64,000 nucleotides of DNA from Anaerolineae bacterium (GTDB lineage Bacteria; Chloroflexota; Anaerolineae; B4-G1), in NCBI GenBank assembly GCA_041687115.1, contig JAWLCP010000001.1:22283-86282 (forward strand), given 5' to 3'. Numbering within the stretch: position 1 is the first letter of the stretch; the number at the start of each line of letters is the position of its first letter. The notes under the pieces were generated by a model, which worked only from the letters and a program-made list of their open reading frames with translations, had not been told where the DNA came from and ran no database searches. The position numbers were made by a program, and so were the translations under genes. Positions 38,772 through 47,428 of this stretch are shown here, piece by piece.

Positions 38772-39944
38772 CTACTGCTTGTCTCTCGTGTCGAAGTCGA
38801 ACCGGGCAAACACGTCCCTGTATCGGTTCACGATCTGCTCTCGCGTCAGCCCCATCTCGCGGAGCGAATACTCGTGCTCGCTCTCGTGGTTGCGCGCCCG
38901 CATCGCTGCCCGCCGTAGGATCTGATCGAACTCCGGACTGATCTCCAGACCGAGACGATCGTAGATCTCTCTCACGGTCTGCCTGGCGCTGTTGACCAGG
39001 TCATCGAAATCTACAACGACATAGCTATCCTTTGGAGCCCTTTCCAGGCGTTCCAGCGGGTAGATGTACCAGTGTTCGGCCATGTCGAGGACATACTTGC
39101 GGCTTGCGTATTCCTCCACCGGATTACCCAGCAACCGCCACTCGTTCTCCTTCAGGCTAATGTAGGAGGGAATCATATCAAGCGGGTTGCGCGCCAGGTA
39201 GATGATCTTGACCCCCGGGAAGTAGCTATAGAGGGTATCGACCATCGGCGAGAAATGGGGGTTCTTTGCCAGATAATGCTTGTCAAGGTCTCCGTGTGCA
39301 TAGAGGTGGCGCTGAACGCAGCGCTTATAGAAACTCAGGATGCGTTCCTTCTCCTGTTCCGGCATCTGGCTGTCGAAGTGGGTATAAGGCGCTGCTTCGT
39401 CCACCATCGCAGCGTACAACCATATCTTGAGCGTCGAGAAGATATGTATGAGAAGGTATTCGTCCTCCTCGGGCGCCCGAAGCCCGATTCTGTGTACGAC
39501 GTTCTCCTCTTGCCAGGTCTCCTCTAACATCCCCAGCAACCGATGCAACGGACTGCCCAACCGGCGATCCAGTCGCGAGAAGGCCCAGAAGATCTTCCGC
39601 ATCGTGATTGACGGGGCAAGGACCATCTCCCAGGTCCGCATCGCGTTGAAGCTTCTCTCGTCCCTGGCCAGAAGACGCTGTAGGAATGTTGTCCCACTGC
39701 GCGGGTTGCCCACGATGTAGATCGGCTGTTTGATCTCCACGTCCCGGTATTCTGGGAAGAAGACCTCATCCAGCAGCAGGCTCAGCCATGTTACCAGTTC
39801 CAGGAGGAAATAGGCAGGGTAGCAGATCAATAGCAGACCGATTCGCTTTGGCGTCAGGCGGTAATTGGTCCCTCTGCTTTTGAACAGCGACTTGTAAGTG
39901 AATCTCGCCAACCCGCGGAAGTTGAAGGCCACCTCTCCCGTCAT
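38772..39944 (-). CDS. Membrane-anchored sulfotransferase (Sulfotransfer_1/3-like)
   Basis: 5'-PSB-like IVGNPRSGTTFLQRLL and 3'-PB-like IYLARNPLDMIPSY. N-terminal TM helix. Confidence 0.7.
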   Translation of the reverse strand: MTGEVAFNFRGLARFTYKSLFKSRGTNYRLTPKRIGLLLICYPAYFLLELVTWLSLLLDEVFFPEYRDVEIKQPIYIVGNPRSGTTFLQRLLARDERSFNAMRTWEMVLAPSITMRKIFWAFSRLDRRLGSPLHRLLGMLEETWQEENVVHRIGLRAPEEDEYLLIHIFSTLKIWLYAAMVDEAAPYTHFDSQMPEQEKERILSFYKRCVQRHLYAHGDLDKHYLAKNPHFSPMVDTLYSYFPGVKIIYLARNPLDMIPSYISLKENEWRLLGNPVEEYASRKYVLDMAEHWYIYPLERLERAPKDSYVVVDFDDLVNSARQTVREIYDRLGLEISPEFDQILRRAAMRARNHESEHEYSLREMGLTREQIVNRYRDVFARFDFDTRDKQ

Positions 39945-41110
39945 TCTCCTGCAAGTATCTCTTGCGCTGCTGCAAGGCCCGTGCCCTGCTCGAACTTGTA
40001 CCCGGCCTTGAGCAGCCCCTGCTCCAAGGCACCGATTGTCGCTCGCACGTCCGAGCCATCTACGACGCCCATATGACCAATGCGGAAGTAGCGGTCCTTG
40101 ATCTCCGGATGAAGGCCTCCCGCAAGAATGACACCCGCCTCATTGACGTGGCGCAGCAGCGAACGATCGACGCCGTCAGGGAAGTAGGGCGCGGTCAGCG
40201 TGTGCGCTGCCTGGTCCGGACTCACCGGGACCTGTGCCATCCCCAGCGCTGTGACCGCAGCTTTGATCGTCCGGCTGATCCTTCGATGGCGCTCGAGACG
40301 CACGTCCAGCCCCTCGTCCAGGATCTGCTGCAGGCTAACGTTGAGTGCCCAGATCAGGTTGACGGGCGGGGTGCCGAAGTAGCCAGGCTTCCGGGCCTCG
40401 TATGCCTCCATAACCGGTAGCCATTTCGTCCAGTCTGCGTAGTAGTTGACCACCGGTGCCTTCCGTTTCCGAAAAGCCTCAATGGCGCGTGGCCCGGCCA
40501 TTACCAGAGCTAGCCCTGGCGGCACGCCGATGGCTTTCTGCGAGGCGGTGAGGGCCAGGTCCACGCCCCACTCTTCCTGAAGCAGCGTCTCTCCGGCTAC
40601 CGAACAGACCCCGTCGACCACAACGAGCGCCCCGTAATCGCGACCGAGCGCGGCCAGCGCCTTCACGTCCGCCGCGACAGCCGTCGAGGTGTCGACATGG
40701 GTGATCGTCATTATCTGGTAGCTGCTCTTCCTGAGCACCCCCTCGACTTCGTCTATGCCTGGCGCGTCGCCGACGACCGAGGCACGCACGTGGGTTACGT
40801 CGGCACCGTAACGCTCCAGAATCTCCCCAAAGCGATCTCCGAAGACACCGTGGTTGATTACCAGGGCCTTGTCGCCCGGTTCGATTAAGTTGGCGGCGGC
40901 CATGTCCATCGCCAGAGTGCCGGAACCGGCGACCACGAACGGCTGTCCGCGAGGAGCGAAGAAGACTCGGCGCAGCCTCTCCAGCGCTGCGCCGAAGACC
41001 TCTATGAAGTCCGGAGCCACGTGGCTCGTCGTAGCCATCCCCATTGCCCGAAGCACCTCCGGGGCAAACTCGATAGGACCGGGGATCATGAGCAGTCTTC
41101 TGTCTTTCAT
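39941..41110 (-). CDS. Class V aminotransferase (serine-pyruvate/alanine-glyoxylate aminotransferase-like)
   Basis: PGPIEFAPEVLRAM ... SQKAIGVPPGLA (PLP-binding Lys). ORF open to 41140; the probable start is MKDRRLL at 41110. Confidence 0.8.
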   Translation of the reverse strand: MKDRRLLMIPGPIEFAPEVLRAMGMATTSHVAPDFIEVFGAALERLRRVFFAPRGQPFVVAGSGTLAMDMAAANLIEPGDKALVINHGVFGDRFGEILERYGADVTHVRASVVGDAPGIDEVEGVLRKSSYQIMTITHVDTSTAVAADVKALAALGRDYGALVVVDGVCSVAGETLLQEEWGVDLALTASQKAIGVPPGLALVMAGPRAIEAFRKRKAPVVNYYADWTKWLPVMEAYEARKPGYFGTPPVNLIWALNVSLQQILDEGLDVRLERHRRISRTIKAAVTALGMAQVPVSPDQAAHTLTAPYFPDGVDRSLLRHVNEAGVILAGGLHPEIKDRYFRIGHMGVVDGSDVRATIGALEQGLLKAGYKFEQGTGLAAAQEILAGE

Positions 41111-41363
41111 CGTCTTGCCGTCCTTGCTGCGCGAGATCATCGACTTGTGTATCGGATAGTGTAACCCATTGGGGACAAATGTTCAAGTGATCTATCATCG
41201 TGCTGTTCAGAGGCAATCGGTCTTCGATTTCCTCAATCCTTCCAGCCATGTGCCCGGACCGGTCAAGCTCTCGCGGCACCAGCAGCAGAGACCAGGCCGC
41301 TCGGCGCAACGGAGAGCAGATCTGTGGCGCAGGGCAACTCATCTCATCTGGAACCGAGTCGCA

Positions 41364-41392
41364 TTGCGTGCCAGCCGACAACCTGGTACAAT
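41364..41392 (+). promoter_or_regulatory. Candidate promoter TTGCGT-17-TACAAT, immediately followed by a terminator-like hairpin
   Basis: 17-nt spacer. A TG lies 2 nt upstream of the -10. Confidence 0.35.
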
Positions 41393-41400
41393 CTGTCCAG

Positions 41401-41428
41401 AACGCCGGATATTCGGCGTTGTTTTTTT
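41401..41428 (+). terminator. Intrinsic terminator-like hairpin plus U7 tract
   Basis: AACGCCG-gauauu-CGGCGUU followed by GUUUUUUU. No protein gene lies upstream on this strand. Confidence 0.5.
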
Positions 41429-41600
41429 GTAACTGTAGGTGCTGCCGCCGTCCTGCCTGTTCGGACCGGGTCAGGCCATACCGTAGCGCGAACGAGGTAG
41501 CCGGACGTGCACGAGCAGCATCCTTCGATCTCAAGATAAGGGCGAACCGTGGCAGGCTGCTGATCAAGCAGACTTATCATCAGGAAGGATCACAGAATTG

Positions 41601-42503
41601 ATGACTCCGCTCGTTGAGGGCTTCTCTCCGGAGAGCTGCCCGTTGGAGCAGCTCGTCGCGCTGCAGAACATCCTGCGCCGCCGAGCCTATCGGCGGTTGA
41701 CGCAGGCCTTTGAGGCGGCCAAGAGCATCTTGTTCGACGACGACTCCCGGCTGGTCTTCTTCAGCGATCTTCATCGGGGCGACAACTCCCGCTCTGACGC
41801 TTTCGCCCCGAACGAGAATCTGTTTCTCCAGGCGTTGAGGTACTACTATCGTGGACGATTCACGTACGTCGAGGTCGGTGACGGCGACGAACTGTGGCAG
41901 AACCGCCGGCTCAGTGCCGTGAAGCGTGCTCACCGGCGGACCTTCGAGTTACTGCACACCTTTGCGGTTGAGAATCGTCTCCATCTGATCTTCGGCAACC
42001 ACGATGTCCAGGGCTTTCAGCGCCGTCGCATGAAGAAGGATGGGTTGACTGCCCACGAAGGTCTGGTACTGCAGCGTGCCCAGACGAACCAGCGCATCTT
42101 CGTCGTTCATGGGCATCAGGTTGACTTCAAGAGTGACGCCATCTATCACGTCTCGCGCTTTGCGGCCCGCCACATATGGCGGCACGTCCAGAACCTGGGG
42201 TTTGGCGACGTGGCGACTTCCATGGCGGAATCACGCAACCGCGGAACGCTCCGCCAGCGGGTGTCCGAGTGGATCGAGGCGCATAAGCAGATGGTGATCT
42301 GCGGTCACACCCACACGCCGAAGTTCGCCGAACCTGGCGCACTGCCCTATTTTAACACCGGCAGTGGCGTCTTTGATGGCTATATCACGGGATTGGAGAT
42401 TCAGAACGGACAGATCGCGCTGGTCAAGTGGGTGCAGTCAACCTGGGGGCAGGCCGAGCGCTCGCTTCTGGCGCCGCCGCGGATGCTAAGCCTGATGGCG
42501 TGA
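41601..42503 (+). CDS. Calcineurin-like metallophosphoesterase
   Basis: FFSDLHRGD, VEVGDGDELW, IFGNHD, VVHGHQ and GHTH motifs. Confidence 0.75.
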   Translation: MTPLVEGFSPESCPLEQLVALQNILRRRAYRRLTQAFEAAKSILFDDDSRLVFFSDLHRGDNSRSDAFAPNENLFLQALRYYYRGRFTYVEVGDGDELWQNRRLSAVKRAHRRTFELLHTFAVENRLHLIFGNHDVQGFQRRRMKKDGLTAHEGLVLQRAQTNQRIFVVHGHQVDFKSDAIYHVSRFAARHIWRHVQNLGFGDVATSMAESRNRGTLRQRVSEWIEAHKQMVICGHTHTPKFAEPGALPYFNTGSGVFDGYITGLEIQNGQIALVKWVQSTWGQAERSLLAPPRMLSLMA

Positions 42504-42536
42504 GTCTGTCTACTTGCGGGGCTCCTTCTGCCTATT

Positions 42537-43544
42537 CTATCGGGGTCCAGAGGGGCTGGAATGCTGGGCGATTTTCAAAAGGAGCGGAATCTCTACGTTC
42601 CCTCCGCTGATCACAACCACGATATTCTTACCGACTTCTTCCATCTTCCCGTGCAGAACGGACGCCAGACCTACGGCGCCACCACCCTCCACTACTAGCC
42701 GGTGCTTCTGCAGGGCGAAGGCCATCGCATCGGCAATCTCCTCCTCTGTCACGAGAACGGTTTCGTCCACGTACTCCTTGATCATGCTGAACGTATATCG
42801 GTTGTCCAGACCTATACCGCCAGCCAGCGCGTCTGCCAGGGTCTCTTCCTCTTCCATCTCGATGGGGTGACCGATCCTCAGGCTGTGGAACATCACCGGT
42901 GCGCGCTCCATAGACACGCCGATCGTACGAATGGAAGCCGCGGCCGATTTCAGAGCCAGCGCGATGCCCGACAATAGGCCGCCTCCGGACAGAGGCACGA
43001 TCACCGTATCTACCTCCGGAAGGTCCTCCAGCAGTTCCAGTCCTATCGTACCTTGTCCAGCGATAACGGTGGGGTCATCGAAAGGCGGGATCATGCATAG
43101 CCGCTGGGCCTCCTGTAGCTCCAGGGCGTGCTCGCTGGCCTCATCGTAGCTGTCCCCCCGGAGGATGACCTCAGCTCCAAGGCGACGGATTCCGTCCACT
43201 TTGTTTGGCGGCACGCGAGTCGACATACAGATGGTCGCCCTGATGCCCAGCTGCTGCGCCACATAGGCGACCGCCCGACCATGGTTGCCGCTCGAGACGG
43301 TGATGATGCCCCGCTCGCGCTCCTCGCTGGAGAGGCTCCGCAGCTTATTCGCCGCCCCGCGGATCTTGAAGGCGCCAGTCCGCTGCACGTTCTCCAGCTT
43401 CAGATAGACGGGTGCCCCAGCGTGCTCCGCCAAAGCTGGAGACTCGATCAACGGAGTTCGGACGGCGATTCCGCTGATTCTATGCCTGGCTTCGTACACG
43501 TCACGCAGCGTTACGCTTCGGTCGCACATCGGCCTCTCACCCAT
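42537..43544 (-). CDS. Threonine/serine dehydratase (PLP fold type II)
   Basis: PLP-binding Lys in NVQRTGAFKIRGA and a glycine loop (SSGNHG). Confidence 0.8.
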   Translation of the reverse strand: MGERPMCDRSVTLRDVYEARHRISGIAVRTPLIESPALAEHAGAPVYLKLENVQRTGAFKIRGAANKLRSLSSEERERGIITVSSGNHGRAVAYVAQQLGIRATICMSTRVPPNKVDGIRRLGAEVILRGDSYDEASEHALELQEAQRLCMIPPFDDPTVIAGQGTIGLELLEDLPEVDTVIVPLSGGGLLSGIALALKSAAASIRTIGVSMERAPVMFHSLRIGHPIEMEEEETLADALAGGIGLDNRYTFSMIKEYVDETVLVTEEEIADAMAFALQKHRLVVEGGGAVGLASVLHGKMEEVGKNIVVVISGGNVEIPLLLKIAQHSSPSGPR

Positions 43545-43670
43545 TCACCCGATCATCACCGCCGTACCTGACCGTGTGAGGACAGCTGGCATCGTCGATA
43601 TGTTGGCGTCGGCGACGGGTGGCTGCATTCATAACCACACTTCGCCAGGGCTCTGGCGACGATCCGATCG

Positions 43671-44798
43671 TCACGTCTCCTGCAGTTCAAGGATTAGGTC
43701 GTGGACGCGATCCAGCGCAGGCTGCAAGTAGTCGGCAGGGAGACCAAAGCTGATCCTTAGGTGGTTTTCCACGCCAAAATGCTTCCCTGCCCCGACGAGC
43801 ACGCTCTTCTCGTGGATCAAGCGCTCGACCAGGTCGGTCGACTTGATATCGAGGTGGTACCGAGGGAAGGCGATAGCCGCTGCCTGTGGCGGCACCAGGC
43901 TGAATGTCCCCTCGTGCTGTCCCAGCCATTCCTCAAATATGGAGAAGCCCTTGCGAATGTAATCGCGAACGCGTTCGATCAGGCGCGGTCGGACGTCAGG
44001 AGACAGCGCCACCGAGGCCAGCTTGTTAGACAGCATGGTCGCGCTGATGGTGGTGTACTCGTGGCGTCTCCAGATGTCTTCCCGAGTCGCCGTCGGTGCC
44101 AGGACCCAGCCGATTCTCAGCCCGGGCAGGCCGTAGGCCTTGCTCAAGCTGTTCATCGCCAGCACCCTGTCGTAGAGTCCCCAGAATGAAGGTGTCTGGT
44201 CGTCAGTCAGCCGCTCGGCACCGCTGTAGACCTCGTCGGCCAGAAGCCATGCCCCGACACGTGCCGCCGCTGCCACAATGCTGCTCATCTCCTCCTCGGT
44301 CAAGATCGCACCGGTCGGGTTGTTGGGATTGCAGACGGCAATGAGCTTCGTCTCTCTCGTCACCACGTCGTTCAGTTCGCCGAGATCCGGCGCCCAACCC
44401 CGTTCCTCTCGCAGCTGGAATGTCCTGACCCGATACCCCCGGTTGTAGCCGATGCCCCAGATTTGTAGGTAATTCGGTACCATCACGACCATCTCATCGC
44501 CAGGCTGCAGGATTGTCTCCATAGTGATGAAGTTCGCCTCCGCGCAGCCCACGGTGACGAGCACGTTGTCCGGTGTGGCATCTGGGTACAGCGCGGCAAT
44601 GCGCTCACGCAGCTCGAGGGTGCCATCGACCTGAGGGTAGTTGAGCTCGGTGCTCAAGAGACTCTCAACGGTCAGCTCGCCCCCCATCAACTCCCGGAGG
44701 GCCACGGGATGTGCTCCACTCTCAGACAGGTTGTAGTCGACCACATTCTCCCATCTGGACATAATGCGTTCAAGCTCGAATGGTCGAAAATCAGCCAT
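43671..44798 (-). CDS. Class I/II aminotransferase
   Basis: CNPNNPTG and SLSKAYGLPGLRIGW (PLP Lys). Confidence 0.8.
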   Translation of the reverse strand: MADFRPFELERIMSRWENVVDYNLSESGAHPVALRELMGGELTVESLLSTELNYPQVDGTLELRERIAALYPDATPDNVLVTVGCAEANFITMETILQPGDEMVVMVPNYLQIWGIGYNRGYRVRTFQLREERGWAPDLGELNDVVTRETKLIAVCNPNNPTGAILTEEEMSSIVAAAARVGAWLLADEVYSGAERLTDDQTPSFWGLYDRVLAMNSLSKAYGLPGLRIGWVLAPTATREDIWRRHEYTTISATMLSNKLASVALSPDVRPRLIERVRDYIRKGFSIFEEWLGQHEGTFSLVPPQAAAIAFPRYHLDIKSTDLVERLIHEKSVLVGAGKHFGVENHLRISFGLPADYLQPALDRVHDLILELQET

Positions 44799-44829
44799 GT
44801 GTGACTCCTCTCCTGACGAGTAGAGCTAG

Positions 44830-45723
44830 TTACGTGACGAAGATAAGGGCGGCGCCTGTCAGAGCTACCGCCGTCCCGACGATTGACCGCGCGGTGATCC
44901 TCGCATCGAAAACCCAGTGATCAAAGGGAATCAAGATGATGGGGCTCAGGCTCATCAGCGTCGAGGCGATACCCACAGGGGCGGTGCGGACGGCGATGAG
45001 CGAGAGCCAGACGCCGACAAAGGGGCCGATGAAGGCCCCTCCGGTGAGCCAGAGGCGGGTCCGTCTATCCCTCAGTGCCTGCCAGGTCGAAGCGACCTGG
45101 CCCCGGATCACCGCGAGCAGCCAGATGATTGCGGCAGCTACGGTCATTCGTATCACCGTGGCTGAGAGGGCTGGGAAGTCGCCCACCAGACCGCGCTTGG
45201 CCGCCACCAGACCCAGCGCCTGACCCATGGCGCCACCTAGCCCGAGTAGCACGCCCAGCGCGCGATTCGCAGGGTCGTGGTCAGGTGTCTCCGTCTCTGT
45301 CTGCCTCTCTGAGACGACCCAGGCGACGCCAGCTACGGTAATCAGGATGGCCGCAATCTGGACGGGAAGTAGCACCTCCCCCAGGAGCATCCAGGCCGCC
45401 AGGGTGCTGATAACCGGCACCAGCGTCATCAGCATCATTGATCTCCGCGGCCCGATGAGCAGAAAGGCTTGGAACAGAGATCCGTCTCCGACGATGAGCC
45501 CGATGACTCCCGAGAGCCCCAACCATCCCCAGCGGTAAAGCTCTGCCTCAACCGGCCACAGCCTGCCGTACAGGAGCACGTGGGACAGCGACAGGAAGAC
45601 GACCGCCAGTGCTAATCGAACCCGATTGACGACGCGGGAGCCTACCTGGCGTCCCGCGAATGTGAACTGGATTGAGTTGAGCGACCAACAGAAAGATGTT
45701 GCCAGGGCAGCGATTTCTCCCAT
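44830..45723 (-). CDS. EamA/DMT-family transporter
   Basis: Ten TM helices with duplicated EamA domains. The start MGEIAAL at 45723 has ATG confirmed on the reverse strand. Confidence 0.75.
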   Translation of the reverse strand: MGEIAALATSFCWSLNSIQFTFAGRQVGSRVVNRVRLALAVVFLSLSHVLLYGRLWPVEAELYRWGWLGLSGVIGLIVGDGSLFQAFLLIGPRRSMMLMTLVPVISTLAAWMLLGEVLLPVQIAAILITVAGVAWVVSERQTETETPDHDPANRALGVLLGLGGAMGQALGLVAAKRGLVGDFPALSATVIRMTVAAAIIWLLAVIRGQVASTWQALRDRRTRLWLTGGAFIGPFVGVWLSLIAVRTAPVGIASTLMSLSPIILIPFDHWVFDARITARSIVGTAVALTGAALIFVT

Positions 45724-45788
45724 GGATGTTCCTTGATCGTCTTTGTAGCTTCTCTTGTTCCGTGAATGCGGTGGGACGAGACGGCACG

Positions 45789-46472
45789 CTAGAAGCCGCG
45801 CTGCTGCCCCTCCCACGGAGGGCCAGTGCCTTCCCTGAACTCCTTGACGCTTGGACCGGCTAGGGTCCGCAGCCGCCACGTGCCGTAAAGGTAGCTGAGC
45901 ACCAGCAACAGGATCGTCGCGGGCCAACCCATGATGAGGTTGAGGATGCCCAGGACGGTAGCCTCGACCTCCTGAAAGAGGAACCACTTAATCACCAGGC
46001 GGAGGGCGAAGAAGATCGCCCAGGCAAGCGTCACCTCGGTGTAGGCCGGGCGCACCCTTGGATCCCAGTACCATTCCAGGGGCCATTGGCGTGCCACGTG
46101 GCTGGTCAGAGCTACCAGCGGTCGTCTCACGATCACAGTGAGCAGACACACCACGATAATCAGACCATCGGTGACCAGATTCGGCAGGAAGTACGCTTCC
46201 GCTCGGTTGCTTACTCGCGCTGACAGGATGGCAAACGATGTCGCGCCAAGGCCGCCGAGAGCGTAGCCAACTGGACGCCCCCTGATGAGGCGCCAAGCTG
46301 TGAGCATCAGGGCAATCCCCAGCGAGCCCCAGATGGCCACCTGTAGGCCAACGAACAGATTCAGTATCAGGAATGCCGCGGGCGATACAATGGAGTCGAT
46401 GATATTGCTGCGTTCAACGACGACAGTCCGGAATTCCTCCGTCAACTCGCTGAGTCTATCGTGCCCTGTCAT
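45789..46472 (-). CDS. Hypothetical integral membrane protein (possibly DUF3159-like)
   Basis: ~6 TM helices. Start at MTGHDRLSELTEEF. The family assignment is tentative. Confidence 0.45.
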   Translation of the reverse strand: MTGHDRLSELTEEFRTVVVERSNIIDSIVSPAAFLILNLFVGLQVAIWGSLGIALMLTAWRLIRGRPVGYALGGLGATSFAILSARVSNRAEAYFLPNLVTDGLIIVVCLLTVIVRRPLVALTSHVARQWPLEWYWDPRVRPAYTEVTLAWAIFFALRLVIKWFLFQEVEATVLGILNLIMGWPATILLLVLSYLYGTWRLRTLAGPSVKEFREGTGPPWEGQQRGF

Positions 46473-46740
46473 TGGCTGGATCCGATCGACGCCTCTCTGC
46501 TCAATCTCGATTGAGACCCAGTATAGCACGCTCGGTGGGCATGGACAACTGGCCCTTGCCCGTCTTGACAATTCGATGCCCTCCACCTATACTATACACG
46601 GTACGAGGTTAGATAGGCTAATGTATGCTGCCCAGGCTCGGTGGCCTGGGCTTTTGCTTGTGCCCGAGGCGAGCCGTGCGACCTGATGAATGCCTCGGGC
46701 GTCTCGAGATGTTTTCGGAGTTAGCGATAAGGGAGTATCA

Positions 46741-47256
46741 ATGACGGAGAAGAGCCGAGAGGTATCTGACGGCATGGTCGTCAGCCTTGAATACACGCTT
46801 CAACTGGACAACGAGGATGTCATAGATAGCTCGGAGGGGCGGCCCCCTCTGGAGTTTGTGCAGGGCGAGCATCAGATCGTACCCGGCCTGGAGAAGAGAC
46901 TGTACGGTATGGCGGTGGGCGAGGAGAAGGATGTCGTTGTGGAACCCGCCGAAGGATATGGCGAGCGGGACCCTGAGGCCAACCAGGTGGTGCCACGGGA
47001 TGCGTTCCAGGAGGATGTCGAGTTGGAGACAGGGATGCCGATTCGAGTCTCCGATGGCTCAGGGCGAACGGCCACAGCCTTCATCGCCGACGTTCGTCCC
47101 GACACGGTCAAGCTCGATTTCAACCACCCCCTGGCAGGCGAGAAGCTGTACTTCCGTGTGAGAATCGCCGACCTGCGAGAGGCGTCCGATGGCAACCCTA
47201 TGGGCAGCTGCGGGTCGTGTGGCGGTTGCTCGACATCTTCGGAGGGCTGCTGCTGA
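46741..47256 (+). CDS. slyD: FKBP-type peptidyl-prolyl isomerase SlyD with Cys/Gly-rich metal-binding tail
   Basis: FKBP domain with inserted IF domain, and a C-terminal GSCGSCGGCSTSSEGCC tail. A terminator follows at 47285-47318. Confidence 0.8.
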   Translation: MTEKSREVSDGMVVSLEYTLQLDNEDVIDSSEGRPPLEFVQGEHQIVPGLEKRLYGMAVGEEKDVVVEPAEGYGERDPEANQVVPRDAFQEDVELETGMPIRVSDGSGRTATAFIADVRPDTVKLDFNHPLAGEKLYFRVRIADLREASDGNPMGSCGSCGGCSTSSEGCC

Positions 47257-47284
47257 GTTGACGTCGCTGTGATCAGCGTTGCAG

Positions 47285-47318
47285 GAGCCCGGGCAAGATG
47301 CCCGGGCTCTTGCTTTCG
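47285..47318 (+). terminator. Intrinsic terminator after slyD
   Basis: GAGCCCGGGC-aagau-GCCCGGGCUC followed by UUGCUUUCG. Confidence 0.5.
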
Positions 47319-47367
47319 CCACCGCAAAGGTGGTGTCCTTCGGGGCGGGATAGCGCCGACCGAAAGA

Positions 47368-47403
47368 GAGTCAACGCGGTTCCCCTACCCTCCGCGTTGA
47401 CTC
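47368..47403 (-). terminator. Perfect 12-bp inverted repeat hairpin downstream of the convergent GRE gene
   Basis: GAGTCAACGCGG-12 nt loop-CCGCGTTGACTC. A weak U-tract follows on the minus strand. Confidence 0.35.
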
Positions 47404-47428
47404 TAGGACGTGCTTCGCACGCTTCGCT

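Noticed and set aside
40479-41567. 362-aa Arg/Gly-rich ORF on the minus strand
   Set aside because: It lies in an alternative frame across the class V aminotransferase gene and the intergenic region. Its composition (poly-R/G/A) is typical of out-of-frame translation of GC-rich DNA, with no motifs.
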